DNA of 64,000 bases from Chrysomallon squamiferum (GCA_012295275.1 CM022665.1:15686001-15750000); one strand, 5' to 3'. Positions 43,001 through 52,210 are shown, counted from the first letter of the stretch. A program made the numbers and translations. The notes: generated by a model from the letters alone, not told the origin.

Positions 43001-46000
43001 TGCATCTGATGTCATTGACTTCTTCCTGAATTCAGTTGGAGCAACACTAACAGAAATAAAAGATGTAGAACTCAGGTTGTTAATTATTGAATTAGTTTAA
43101 TCCATTATTCATTGTACAATTAATTAGTTTATTCCTTTATTTGTTTTATGCATGTCTAAATATTATCACTTGTTAATTAGTTAATTAATTTACTTATTTA
43201 TTATTGTTGTTGTTGTTGTGGTTGAGGTTCTTGTTTCTGTTATTAATTTATTATTATTAGTGTTATTATAATTTTTTTGTTTACACTACTACTACTTCAG
43301 CTGTTATTGATTTATTATTGTTATTTTGATCTTTTTATCATTTTGTTTAAATGTTAAGGACTAAACTACTTTTGTCACTACAAGGACTTGTTAGTTAGCA
43401 GCCAGAATTCTTTATATTCAGCTTCCCATAGATAGGACAGCACATTCCAAAGCCTTTGATAAATCAGTCAATAGGAAATGGCCCAATGGATGTATTGAGA
43501 AAACTTCTTGTCAGATAATTAACTATCATTACTTAACAGCTTTTAACATCTGTAATGTTAATTAATTACACTGAATATTTAAATAATTTTTTTTTTTTAA
43601 TTGACTTCAGGATGCCTTTTAATAACCTCTCTTATATAAAGTTACATTTTTGTTTTTATTATAAAATCAGGATGTCTTAATTCAGACTTCAGAATAGTTT
43701 TTAATTACTTAAGAATGTTTTGAAAATTACCTGTCTTATATTTTTGTTTTTAATACAAATTCAGGATGGCTTACTTCCAAAAGAAAGGAGAAATTTTATC
43801 AGTAAACCAGCTGATTGCTGAGATCCGAGGACATTACACACAGCAAGCTCTCCAGCAGGCATATGTTCTCATTCTGGGACTAGATGTGCTGGGAAATCCA
43901 TATGGTTTAGTTAAAGACTTCACACAGGGACTTGGAGACTTCTTCTATGAACCCTTCTTGGTAAATTTGTTTAATATTAAAAATAATTATTTGTTGTTGG
44001 TTGATATCTAAATAAATTAATAAAGTGAATTTATGACCTCTAGATAGAAAATGTATTTTATGTTAATGCTAATGTTAATTTGTTGCTTTATCTGATAATT
44101 GTTACATATACTTCAGGGATCAATTCAAGGCTCAGATGAATTTGCAGACAGTTTGACTCAAGGTGTACAGAGTCTGATGGGAAACACTGTTGGTAAGAAA
44201 AGACACAATTTCTTTCACATTACCTTTTATATATAGTGTAAATGTATGTCTATGTATGTATGTGTGTGTATCTATATGTAATCTGTGCATACGTGTGTGT
44301 ATATATGTATGTATATGTCTATATTACATATATATTAGGGCCCTGCATATCTCAGTTTTCAGACCAAATCAATTTTAAAACTGAATATTCAAATCAAATT
44401 TCTAATCTCGAATATCTGGAATAATCCAGTGTATCAGATTCAGCTTATGAAGGAATATTCAACTTGGTAAAGGAAATGAGAAAAACAAAATAAATATTCA
44501 GTTCACTTGGTGAACATAAAGTGATTAACAAGATTACACAAGGTTGAACAACTGATCAGCAAAGTAAAAAATACATACTATAACAGTATTATTTAGTTAA
44601 TAGGTCATATATAAAAACTTCATTTTAAAAGGGGAGGTGGTTTTGTTGTTGTTTTTTTCAGTTTGTTTATTGTTTATTAATATTAACAGATGGCCAGATA
44701 GTTTGTCCCTCTTTTTTCAGTTGTCCATTCTTGCAATATTTGAAATTCCAAATAAACAAGAATCAAATCAAATATTCAAGGCTTTGTAGGGCCAAAATAC
44801 ACCCTCGCTTATTTATATATACAGTATTTACATATATATTGTGTATATGTGTATGTACAAATATATATATATATATTTTTTTTTTTCACAGGGGGTGCTG
44901 CAGGATCAATTGCCTTGGTAACAGGATCTATTGGCAACACTCTGGCTGTTCTTTCATTTGATGAAGAGTACAAGAGGGTATTATTATTATTTTTTATTAT
45001 TTAATAAGAACACATATTGGTAGATCACTGACATTTTGAAATGATTTATTGATATTTTGAAATGTTTCAGTGATATTTTGAAATGTTTCCCTGATATTTT
45101 GAAATGATTTACTGATATTTTGAAATGATTTAGTGACATTTTGAAATGTTTCAGTGACATCATGAAATGATTTATTGATTCTTTTAAATGTTTTAGTGAT
45201 ATTTTGAAATATGTCATTGTCATTATGACTTTGTTAATATGTTATGTGACATCCATTAGCCTTTTACACTTGGTTTATTATTATTAATTATAAAACATTC
45301 CATATGAAGTTAACTAATAATTTTATTATGAATTACTACAGTAAATATTTGCAGTATGATGCAGTAAATAAGGTTTAATGAGGAAACTTTTTCATTTTAC
45401 TCTTATAATATTTACCTTAACATTTATAAAAAGTATTTTTATTCTGTTGCTTTAGAAACGGAGAAGTCGAATGCAGCAGCAACCAAAATATCTACCATCA
45501 ACAATTTTTGTTGCTAGTCGTAATCTTGTAATGGGTGTCTGCCTTGGCTTTACTGGAATTGTTCTGGATCCATTGAAAGGTAATATTGTTCTTTGTATAA
45601 ATTAGGCCTACATATTAAAGTTTAAAAAACAACAACACACACACAAAAACAATAACAAAAAAAATATATATATCTTTTTTCAACAATGTTAAATGTGTAC
45701 AAGACATTTTAATTATAAATTTTAAAACTCTTTTTAGTTTTTTATTTATTTATTGTTCTTGTAGTTGTTTATTCATTATTTGTTATTATTATAATTATTT
45801 ATTTATTTATTATTATTATTTTTAAATGTTTATTTATTTTATTTTTAATTTTTTAATATTTCAGGTCATTTTTTTATATATTAAATTATTATAATTAATT
45901 TTTAATAGGTGCTCATGAAGATGGTGTGGAAGGTTTTTTCAAAGGAATTGGCAAAGGAATTCTGGGATTGTTGACAAAACCAACAGGAGGCATTGTGGAC

Positions 46001-48512
46001 ATGATCAGCATGGCTTTTGATGGCATTAGAAGGTTGGTAATTATGTTAATTTTGTGTTAAATGAAGAAAGTTACCTGTTGAATATTTATTTTAACACACA
46101 GAAGTAATTTCAGAGAAGGAAAAAGATGGATGAAGAGAAAGTGAGGACTGAGAATAATAGTGACACATCTACTCCACAGAAATTTAAAAATAAATAAAAA
46201 TAATAAATAAATAAAAAAATACATTTGAAAATGCATAAATACAGTTTAATACAGTAATTGGTATGAATGAAAGCACAACTTAGATAATTCTAACTGGCTG
46301 TGTGTGCTTTTCTGTTCATCTGTCATCTCTTTCTCTCTGTCAGTCTATTTGTGTTTGCTTATCTGTCAGAATTTATTTTATCATTGTTTTATTTTCAGGG
46401 CTGCTGAAACAGAGAGTGGTCTAATAGCAAGAATGAGACTTCCCAGATTTATCAACAGAGCTGTGGTGAGTTGACATTTAGAATAGAACAGATTTGATAA
46501 ATCTATTCACATCTTTCCCACTCCAGTCTATAACATGTATAAAATATATTTTATATGCCAAAGTATCTTCATCAGAACAAAAAAACAAATTTGATTTATT
46601 GTCGTCTGATATCAGGTAACCATTCATCAAAATATCTTTTCTTAAAAATACCATGTTTCATTGCAACAAATGTCATTTGGTATAATATCATCCATTTCAG
46701 TGGAACAAAATGTGATTTAAATGTCATACAGATGGCATTCTGCACACAACTATGAAAGAAATAAATATCATTTGAATGTAATTCTAACACATCCAATTCC
46801 TTGCAAAAATTGTCTTTAAAATATTTGAATGTTATCCCCAAATCATTCAAATAGTATCCAATACACTGTGAAAAAAAAAAGTCATCTAAATGTCATTCAC
46901 ATGTCTTTTGGTTTACTGCTGTTGTTTAAGAACAGTATTACTTTCAAAGTCAGTGGAAAAGGGTATATAAAAAGATCACTTCTCGCTTTGCCATTAGAAT
47001 AAACCATGGAACATGACATAGTTTCTTGTTATTATACAGCAAAATAAATAGCTGATAAGTAATTAATATTAAAAAGTATGGAGATCATTAAAACATATTT
47101 TTTCATTGCAGGAAATAAATCATAGATACTAAAAAAATATCTGTTACTACTTTATAAACCTTTATATGACAGTCAATTTCAAACTTACAACAAATGACAT
47201 TTTTTTCTTTCTTTATAACTCTTTACAAAATCAACTTCAAACTTATAACAAATATAATAGATACATTTTTTTTCTGCAGGGCCTGAAGCCATATTCACAT
47301 TATCGTGCAGCTGGTCTGCGTCTGCTTCAGAGCATAAGGAAGGGAGAGTACTCTAAGACAGATCTCTACTGGTCTCATGCCCCACTTACAAAAGATGAAA
47401 GAGCAGATGTCATGATGATCACAGACAGGTGGATATAATAATTTGTTGAATCATTAATTAGTCAAATTAAAATATTTTAATGTTTTGTTCAGATTATATG
47501 ATTACCTGCATACATTACATATGTAGATGTACATACACAAATATAGACACATTTACATACTCATATATACATTATATAAAAATAGATACAGACCCACATA
47601 CATAAATAAATATACACAGATACACATGCATGTATACATACACATATACATACATACATAACACCCACACATACACTCATGCACACAGATTTATAACCAG
47701 TAGTGTTTTGTTTTGTTTGTTGCAGACATCTGCTAGTTTTGGAGAAATGCAGGATATGGGGAGGCTGGGATGTGGAGTGGGAGGCAAACATTGATCAGAT
47801 TCTTGGAGTACCAGCCATTGTGGAGGACAAACTCATATTCAAACTCAAAAGGGTCTGTGGTTATTTTCTTCTTCTTTATATATATATTTGTAATATTAAT
47901 TTTCATTTTTATGATTTTAAACTTTCATTATTTTATTTTATTTTATTTTATTTTATTTTATTTTATTTTATTTATTATTATTATTTTTTAAATTATTATT
48001 AACATACAACCATTTCATTATCATCTGAATTCTTTTGTTTATATTATCATTGTTGTTAGGTTTTTTTGAAAATAGTTTTACTATTTTAATTAATTTATCA
48101 GTTTTTATATTAGTATTTACAAATACATTTACTTCACTAATGTCATAATTCTTTTCATTAGTATAATCTCTTTAATACTACACTACTGTGTGACATATTT
48201 ACAAAAATTAAACTTTAAAATAATAATAATAATAATAAAAAAATTAAATATATTTAACTTTATTAAACATAACTATTATTAAATTGTAAATATTCCATAG
48301 GATATATATATATATTTTTTATCTTGCTACTTATATTTCTTTGTGAAGCATTTTGTAACCCAAATAAATTATGGTTTGGTTTTGTCTTGCAGGACGAATC
48401 CAGCTTAAACCTGTTTTCAGGCACTGAGCAAGAAATCCACAGTCCAGAACCAGAACTTTTGTTATGGATTCAGAAACAAGTAGAAAATGTCATCCGATAT
48501 AGAGAACAATAA
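2389..48512 (+). CDS. VPS13: VPS13A/C-like bridge-like lipid transfer protein, 5'-partial multi-exon gene (61 exons traced, ~2625 aa in window)
   Basis: Phase-consistent GT-AG exon chain. Family motifs: [22 protein letters not shown] (RBG), [83 protein letters not shown] versus C cannot be resolved by eye. Confidence 0.95.
2666..2726 (+). CDS. VPS13: VPS13 exon with FFAT-like motif ([20 protein letters not shown])
   Basis: tacagcag acceptor, GA|gtaagc donor; phase 1 to 2. Confidence 0.85.
3220..3458 (+). CDS. VPS13: VPS13 exon (YLKIKPVDD...LVDKIHT)
   Basis: ttcag| ... AG|gtaaaa; matches part of ORF 3068-3487. Confidence 0.9.
3987..4060 (+). CDS. VPS13: VPS13 exon (SAGEYMEM...VLYRH)
   Basis: ttcag| ... 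CAT|gtaatt. Confidence 0.88.
4571..4713 (+). CDS. VPS13: VPS13 exon ([12 protein letters not shown]...QSMFS)
   Basis: tttcag| ... AG|gtaaat. Confidence 0.9.
5247..5353 (+). CDS. VPS13: VPS13 exon (VQNMDMK...ITDE)
   Basis: tttcag| ... G|gtaagt. Confidence 0.87.
5668..5778 (+). CDS. VPS13: VPS13 exon ([16 protein letters not shown]...IDVR)
   Basis: ttttag| ... G|gtttgt. Confidence 0.87.
6133..6236 (+). CDS. VPS13: VPS13 exon (FQGHVLVK...AIYPK)
   Basis: tttcag| ... AAA|gtacta. Confidence 0.87.
6989..7027 (+). CDS. VPS13: VPS13 39-nt exon ([13 protein letters not shown])
   Basis: tttcag| ... AAG|gtaaca; phase 0-0. Confidence 0.85.
7640..7774 (+). CDS. VPS13: VPS13 exon (FVKFNK...[19 protein letters not shown])
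   Basis: ttccag| ... ATT|gtaagg. Confidence 0.88.
8135..8212 (+). CDS. VPS13: VPS13 exon ([10 protein letters not shown]...MTRQ)
   Basis: tatag| ... CAG|gtgtgt. Confidence 0.87.
8787..9007 (+). CDS. VPS13: VPS13 exon, RBG repeat ([33 protein letters not shown])
   Basis: cccag| ... AG|gtttgt; typical VPS13 repeat motif. Confidence 0.93.
9440..9690. repeat. ~35-bp degenerate minisatellite (actgatgtaaataatttatattaatattact)
   Basis: Recurring units. Confidence 0.8.
9766..9913 (+). CDS. VPS13: VPS13 exon (VSLCLAD...VIEPISF...LNKIK)
   Basis: tttcag| ... AAG|gtgtgt. Confidence 0.9.
10520..10604 (+). CDS. VPS13: VPS13 exon ([22 protein letters not shown])
   Basis: tttcag| ... G|gtcaaa. Confidence 0.88.
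11052..11230 (+). CDS. VPS13: VPS13 exon (IYESPTMQQ...SCPEE)
   Basis: aacag| ... GAA|gtaagt. Confidence 0.87.
11396..11547 (+). CDS. VPS13: VPS13 exon ([10 protein letters not shown]...[13 protein letters not shown])
   Basis: ttacag| ... AG|gtaaaa. Confidence 0.9.
11824..11915 (+). CDS. VPS13: VPS13 exon (ILYCSSKK...DGNQK)
   Basis: tttcag| ... G|gtaggt. Confidence 0.87.
12253..12512 (+). CDS. VPS13: VPS13 exon (DLMLEKLRL...[16 protein letters not shown])
   Basis: tttcag| ... TAT|gtgagg. Confidence 0.92.
13068..13184 (+). CDS. VPS13: VPS13 exon (ADVAFEYR...NSRSQ)
   Basis: cttag| ... CAG|gtcagt. Confidence 0.88.
13420..13581 (+). CDS. VPS13: VPS13 exon (VLSPCAVEL...LPVSE)
   Basis: cacag| ... 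GAA|gtaagt. Confidence 0.9.
14233..14326 (+). CDS. VPS13: VPS13 exon ([17 protein letters not shown])
   Basis: aatag| ... A|gtaagc. Confidence 0.85.
14562..14737 (+). CDS. VPS13: VPS13 exon (DHTDY...VPILCL..INDWSNK)
   Basis: ctcag| ... AAG|gttttt. Confidence 0.9.
15381..15509 (+). CDS. VPS13: VPS13 exon ([27 protein letters not shown])
   Basis: ttacag| ... AAG|gtattt; hallmark WEPLIEP motif. Confidence 0.95.
15946..16159 (+). CDS. VPS13: VPS13 exon, start of Ser/acidic insertion (VVRTKGF...SSETSF)
   Basis: cctcag| ... G|gtattt. Confidence 0.85.
17584..17796 (+). CDS. VPS13: VPS13 exon, Ser/acidic insertion ([15 protein letters not shown]...HMSA); symmetric phase 1-1
   Basis: tctttcag| ... 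G|gttagg; the other nearby AGs I checked are out of frame. Confidence 0.82.
17911..18540. repeat. 45-bp minisatellite (atagttccacagtcctattcattttttaatttgctgtctggttac), ~9 near-identical copies plus degenerate flanks
   Basis: Directly visible; produces the [15 protein letters not shown]-repeat ORF. Confidence 0.95.
19884..20041 (+). CDS. VPS13: VPS13 exon (TLGVDQ...[18 protein letters not shown])
   Basis: tttcag| ... CAG|gtgtgt. Confidence 0.88.
20916..20987 (+). CDS. VPS13: VPS13 exon, start of VAB ([15 protein letters not shown])
   Basis: tttcag| ... GAA|gtgagt. Confidence 0.88.
21318..21359 (+). CDS. VPS13: VPS13 42-nt exon ([14 protein letters not shown])
   Basis: ttttag| ... AAG|gtaaaa; completes the N-x-LG motif. 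Confidence 0.86.
21842..21966 (+). CDS. VPS13: VPS13 exon (IRNDHIK...SPEKD)
   Basis: ttacag| ... GA|gtaagt. Confidence 0.86.
22704..22845 (+). CDS. VPS13: VPS13 exon (TPDSKGF...HRFRLQ)
   Basis: aacag| ... CAG|gtgaat. Confidence 0.86.
23103..23180 (+). CDS. VPS13: VPS13 exon (VDGFEPL...LAPKK)
   Basis: tatcag| ... AAG|gtaaat. Confidence 0.87.
23589..23609 (+). CDS. VPS13: Candidate 21-nt VPS13 microexon (SDDMDFE)
   Basis: T-rich tract ..ttattcag|TCGGATGATATGGACTTTGAG|gtatta; phase 0-0, in frame. Confidence 0.55.
24686..24782. repeat. (TG)n / (TA)n microsatellite; one of many CA/TG, TA, ATT, TC and poly-A/T tracts in the window
   Basis: Directly visible. Confidence 0.9.
25235..25315 (+). CDS. 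VPS13: VPS13 exon ([19 protein letters not shown])
   Basis: tatag| ... CAG|gtttgt. Confidence 0.88.
26146..26339 (+). CDS. VPS13: VPS13 exon (LKNNLTLAV...IAPSDL)
   Basis: tttcag| ... AG|gtaagt. Confidence 0.9.
26709..26823 (+). CDS. VPS13: VPS13 exon ([13 protein letters not shown]...FNFK)
   Basis: attag| ... AAG|gttatt. Confidence 0.86.
27795..28309. mobile_element. Non-autonomous DNA transposon (MITE), ~515 bp, long imperfect TIRs, TATA (or TA) target duplication
   Basis: Left end tgtgtcattccatgtcaaattacc..aaacccgaccgtctcagatgtttatgaaacttggtatacttg is the inverse of right end caagtatatcaagtttcataaaaatctgagacggtcgggttt..ggtgatttgacactgaatgaccct. TATA at 27791-27794 and 28310-28313. Removing it restores a unit of the surrounding repeat. 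Confidence 0.88.
28452..28586 (+). CDS. VPS13: VPS13 exon, VAB repeat ([28 protein letters not shown])
   Basis: tttcag| ... GAG|gtttgt. Confidence 0.92.
29161..29250 (+). CDS. VPS13: VPS13 exon ([13 protein letters not shown]...LLIS)
   Basis: ttacag| ... TCA|gtaaga. Confidence 0.87.
29712..29930 (+). CDS. VPS13: VPS13 exon, VAB/SHR-BD ([11 protein letters not shown]...[17 protein letters not shown])
   Basis: ttcag| ... AGG|gtatgt; hallmark motif. Confidence 0.94.
30143..30226 (+). CDS. VPS13: VPS13 exon ([20 protein letters not shown])
   Basis: ttttag| ... AAG|gtattt. Confidence 0.88.
30632..30742 (+). CDS. VPS13: VPS13 exon ([19 protein letters not shown]...KYM)
   Basis: acacag| ... ATG|gtatgt. 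Confidence 0.92.
31108..31260 (+). CDS. VPS13: VPS13 exon ([26 protein letters not shown]...LGE)
   Basis: tcacag| ... GAG|gtaagt. Confidence 0.92.
31744..31869 (+). CDS. VPS13: VPS13 exon (CKPFWP...LRMQHG)
   Basis: tttcag| ... GGG|gtgaat. Confidence 0.9.
32353..32486 (+). CDS. VPS13: VPS13 exon ([22 protein letters not shown])
   Basis: tcacag| ... AA|gtaagt. Confidence 0.9.
33022..33157 (+). CDS. VPS13: VPS13 exon ([24 protein letters not shown])
   Basis: ccatag| ... AAG|gtaaaa; YTWDEP motif. Confidence 0.92.
33612..33711 (+). CDS. VPS13: VPS13 exon (DGAGEVRL...DSSPE)
   Basis: ttctag| ... G|gtaaaa. Confidence 0.87.
34063..34226 (+). CDS. VPS13: VPS13 exon ([29 protein letters not shown])
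   Basis: ttacag| ... AAA|gtaagt; VPS13A/C hallmark. Confidence 0.94.
36442..36489 (+). CDS. VPS13: Candidate 48-nt cassette exon ([16 protein letters not shown])
   Basis: ttttgccctag|GCT...GAG|gtaact; phase 0-0; GC-richer island in an AT-rich intron. Confidence 0.55.
38395..38760. repeat. ~30-bp degenerate minisatellite (ttttttagggcattgaaaatttacag)
   Basis: Recurring units. Confidence 0.75.
39676..39912 (+). CDS. VPS13: VPS13 exon incl. WWE-like segment ([26 protein letters not shown])
   Basis: ttacag| ... GAG|gtgaat. Confidence 0.92.
39915..40365. repeat. (AGT)n microsatellite, degenerating 3'
   Basis: Starts 3 nt after the donor at 39913. Confidence 0.92.
40419..40553 (+). CDS. VPS13: VPS13 exon ([24 protein letters not shown])
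   Basis: tttcag| ... CAG|gtgaac. Confidence 0.92.
40884..41035 (+). CDS. VPS13: VPS13 exon ([25 protein letters not shown])
   Basis: ttttag| ... AG|gtaaaa; QxDNQL motif. Confidence 0.93.
41477..41579 (+). CDS. VPS13: VPS13 exon ([22 protein letters not shown])
   Basis: ttacag| ... GAG|gtaatt. Confidence 0.92.
41932..41997 (+). CDS. VPS13: VPS13 exon ((SSQ)[19 protein letters not shown]); acceptor at 41932 or 41941
   Basis: ttaag|AGC or ctctcag|TTA, both in frame; ATG|gtaaat donor. Confidence 0.82.
42368..42424 (+). CDS. VPS13: VPS13 exon ([19 protein letters not shown])
   Basis: gtccag| ... AAG|gtaaat. Confidence 0.92.
42939..43075 (+). CDS. VPS13: VPS13 exon ([21 protein letters not shown])
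   Basis: ttccag| ... AG|gttgtt. Confidence 0.92.
43385..43500. mobile_element. Degenerate SINE-like fragment (same family as 57505-57880)
   Basis: ttagcagccagaattctttatattcagcttcccatagataggacagcacattccaaagcctttgata..gaaatggcccaatgg. Confidence 0.55.
43765..43960 (+). CDS. VPS13: VPS13 exon ([37 protein letters not shown])
   Basis: attcag| ... TTG|gtaaat; VPS13 C-terminal hallmark. Confidence 0.96.
44117..44192 (+). CDS. VPS13: VPS13 exon ([19 protein letters not shown])
   Basis: cttcag| ... G|gtaaga. Confidence 0.92.
44336..44796. mobile_element. Possible degenerate hAT-like MITE
   Basis: tagggccctgca ... tgtagggccaaa (9/12 inverted match); repeated aaatcaaat subterminal motifs; no clear 8-bp TSD. 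Confidence 0.3.
44892..44977 (+). CDS. VPS13: VPS13 exon ([23 protein letters not shown])
   Basis: tcacag| ... AGG|gtatta. Confidence 0.92.
45025..45215. repeat. 21-bp minisatellite (tgatattttgaaatg...), ~9 copies
   Basis: Directly visible periodicity. Confidence 0.9.
45456..45579 (+). CDS. VPS13: VPS13 exon ([21 protein letters not shown])
   Basis: ctttag| ... G|gtaata. Confidence 0.92.
45909..46032 (+). CDS. VPS13: VPS13 exon, ATG2_C-like ([33 protein letters not shown])
   Basis: taatag| ... AG|gttggt. Confidence 0.94.
46399..46465 (+). CDS. VPS13: VPS13 exon ([22 protein letters not shown])
   Basis: tttcag| ... GTG|gtgagt. Confidence 0.9.
47280..47428 (+). CDS. VPS13: VPS13 exon, PH-like region ([13 protein letters not shown])
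   Basis: ctgcag| ... AG|gtggat. Confidence 0.92.
47726..47852 (+). CDS. VPS13: VPS13 exon, PH-like region ([23 protein letters not shown])
   Basis: ttgcag| ... AGG|gtctgt. Confidence 0.9.
48393..48512 (+). CDS. VPS13: VPS13 terminal coding exon ([18 protein letters not shown])
   Basis: ttgcag|GAC ... TAA 48510-48512. Confidence 0.88.
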   Translation, partial: DESSLNLFSGTEQEIHSPEPELLLWIQKQVENVIRYREQ

Positions 48513-49326
48513 ACTGAATGATATTTCAATCACATGGATTTTACCCAACAACAATAAACTGAATAACATTTGGATGACATTTAGATGACTTCTTTTTAAT
48601 ACACAACAGCAATGAATTGGTAAAATCTGAATGACATTAAGATAACTTTCTTCTTATACAACAGAAAGAAACACAAATTTTTGTTGAAGAATGGAAGAAA
48701 TTTGGATGATATTTATTCAGATTAATTTGGATTGTTGTTTGTTGTTTTTTTTTTTTTTTTTTTTTTTTTTTGATGAAAACAGTATATGTTGAACAACATT
48801 TTTTCTGATGCAGATAATCTGGCATTTAAATGATATTTCCATGATATTTTTTCCCATACAGATAGCCCAATTTGGACATTTGGGTGGCAGATATTTTCAT
48901 GCAAATAACATTTGATAATTGTCCTGTTTTTAAGCTTATTTCTAGGCAATAATAACAACAGCAACAATAATATTGAAAGGAATATGTGTCATCACTGGAA
49001 CTGACTCATTCTTATTGTTTAAATATATTTTATTTATTTATTTTACAGATAAAACACACACACACACACACACACAAACAAACACACAAACACACACACA
49101 CTCACGCATACACATACATATATATGTATGTGTGTGTGTATATGTATACACACATACCTATCATTGGTGTATAATATAGAATGCAAATACATATAGAAGC
49201 TTTGGGTGTTTTAATAATTTAGTACTGTATTGTATATTACAAATTTACTATGTAAAATAAATTTGTATGTGTGTGTGTACACACACATACATATATACAC
49301 ACAAGTATATTATTATTAATATTATA

Positions 49327-49359
<33 letters not shown>

Positions 49360-49624
49360 GTACTGTTATTATTATTATTATTATCAATTATTGCTGTTTT
49401 TATTATTCTTATTCTTATTCTTATTATTACTATCATTACTGCTACTACTATTCTTGTTATTTTTGTAATTATTATTATTATTATTACTGTTCCAGTTATA
49501 AGGCCTTTCTGTGATGTGAACTGTTTGTTATGCAGTTTATAAATTTCACAAATTTAGAAAAACATTTAATATTGAAAATGAAAACATTTACATTGTTATT
49601 TACTATATTTTCAGTTGTTTTGAA

Positions 49625-49666
<42 letters not shown>

Positions 49667-50694
49667 TTAGTACTCAGTTGTTTATTATTATTATTATTAT
49701 TACAGAAACATATGTTCTGTACATTCCTGTATTGTCAGAAGTTTTATAACAACAACAACAACAACAAAAATAAAATAACAGTACAAATTGAAAAATTTAT
49801 AAATATTGGTAAACAAAAAAGAACACATTATTATTATGCATAATATTATATTCATCTTTTATACTCATTTCACATTTTATTTATATTTACAAATGTGATA
49901 TTTTAAAATTATTTATATCACCATTTTTATTTTTTTATTATAAACTTTAAACCAACATATCATTTCTGTTACGTCTTTTGAGTTGTATTATGAAATTTAA
50001 ACTGTCGTATCATGTATGTTGTTTTCGTTTAATTTAATTAATTTAGTTTTTATTTTTTTTATCTAAAATAATGCATATTTTGTGTTAAGAAATGTAAACT
50101 ATCATGTTTTCTTTAACTTTATTTTATTTTTAATTAACTAAATTTTACGTCACAGTTCAAGTATATGTAACTACATATATGTTCAATATTTTGGGCTATT
50201 TTGTTATTTTAATCATTAGAGACAACAATCATAGTAATGTTACACAGAATATAGGAATGTTTCATTAGTATAAAAATGTATTGGTCTAAGGGAGGTAATC
50301 TCACCATATTTCAACACATAACAGTTGTTTGTGGGGTTTTTTGTGTTTTTTTTAAATATTGAGGTTAGCACTGACAAAAATACTTGTATACTTTTATTTT
50401 TTTTGCCATAATTTACTTCCAAAACCATAATTTTTTTAGAGCATACTTTATGCATATTTTACCATATACTGATTATAATCTAATTTTGAATACTTTTTAA
50501 ATATTATATATAGATTATTTACAATTACTCTGTTGCTGTACTTGTTTTATTGTAAAGAACAAACCACTTATTTAATTTTTTTTTAGTTCTCATAAAAAGA
50601 TAATGCAGATTTCAAAATTAGCTAAAGTTTTAAAAATTCGAATTCCCTGTTTTAGAATACTCATTGAAATACACCTCTTAGTTATATTTATTAA

Positions 50695-50735
<41 letters not shown>

Positions 50736-51214
50736 AACACACACATGTTATTGTCATGAAATTTTGATTTCTACAGATCTGAAGAACGTTTTTTCTTGTC
50801 TTTCAAATGATTACAAAATTAAACTAACCTGCCCATTGGTTTCAAAGTTGTTTATAGTCCACTATGGCTGCTAAAGAGTATTACATGTAAAATTTCCTGA
50901 CAATATGAAAATCTGTTATTCAAACTGGTATAGACACATTGGGGTTTCTATTCAATTTACATGAAAAGAAATACATACATACACACACATATATACATAT
51001 ATAATATGTATCCAATTTTGTTTCTATTTCAGAGAAACACCAAACTGTTTATAATTTATAATCTGCTAAATTTTGCATAAATTTGCATAATAACAGATAT
51101 ATTTACATTTGAAAAATAAACTTATTTGTTGTAAATACAGCAATATGTTATTTGTTTTATCTTTGTGTTTTGTAGTTATTGTCAGTGATAGTAACATTAC
51201 TGTGTATAATAATA

Positions 51215-51380
51215 TTTTTAAATATTTGTGCTAAATATAAAAATGCTAAATATATAACTGTAATTGTGTGTTTTTAAATATTTGTGCTAAATATAAAAAT
51301 GCTAAATATATAACTGTAATTGTGTGTTTTTAAATATTTGTGCTAAATATAAAAATGCTAAATATATAACTGTAATTGTG
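51215..51380. repeat. 56-bp tandem repeat, 3 essentially identical copies
   Basis: tttttaaatatttgtgctaaatataaaaatgctaaatatataactgtaattgtgtg at 51215, 51271, 51327. Confidence 0.92.
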
Positions 51381-52177
51381 GTTTTTGGCTTGTTATGTTA
51401 TCCTGTTTCAGTATTATTGAAAGATAATGTTGCAGGGTGCTTTAAACTAGATGTTGGCATTTAACAACGAATGAACATTTTTTAATGGAGAAAGAGTAGA
51501 TAACAGACTGTAGCATGATAACAAAGACAAAAGTCAAATTAAAAAAAAATTAAATTTAAAATTAAAAAATTGCTATTGAAAAAAACCAAGCTTTCTAGTT
51601 ATGCTTAAAGTTTTACAACTGTTTGTTTTTCTTTTCAGTATTTTGAAGTGTATAAATAAAATGAAATTTACACAGAATTTAACATTAATAATAACATACA
51701 AGAATATTAATAATAGCAGTTAATAATAACTTTGTATATCTCAAACCATAAACTGGTAACATTTTTCTAAATCAAAACGAATTTTGACTAATTATCCACA
51801 AATGTTTTATATCATACGTCGTGTGTAAATTCATTAAAATATTAAAAATTATGAAATAACAATTAAATAAATACAGCTCTAAATGTTTATAACATAAATG
51901 AAATTAAAAAATAAAGTTTGATATTATGATGACCATTTTATGAAATTAATTTTGAATCAGGTTAGTTTATTTAACAAGGATTTAAAAAAATATACAATTA
52001 CAGTTGCAAAATATAGAGGTACATTTTCTGAATATACATTTTATAAGCAGTTTTAGATTTCCATCTTAAGACATAGTACAGTTATTGAAATTAATAAAAG
52101 TGTTGATATTAAACCATGCAATTCTATTATAATAATCAAAAAAGGGTTTGTTTTTGTTCTTTAACAAAGAAATACAA

Positions 52178-52210
<33 letters not shown>

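Noticed and set aside
46596-46850. 84-aa minus-strand ORF in a VPS13 intron
   Set aside because: No recognisable motif; the region has recurring aaatgtcat words, consistent with a decayed repeat.
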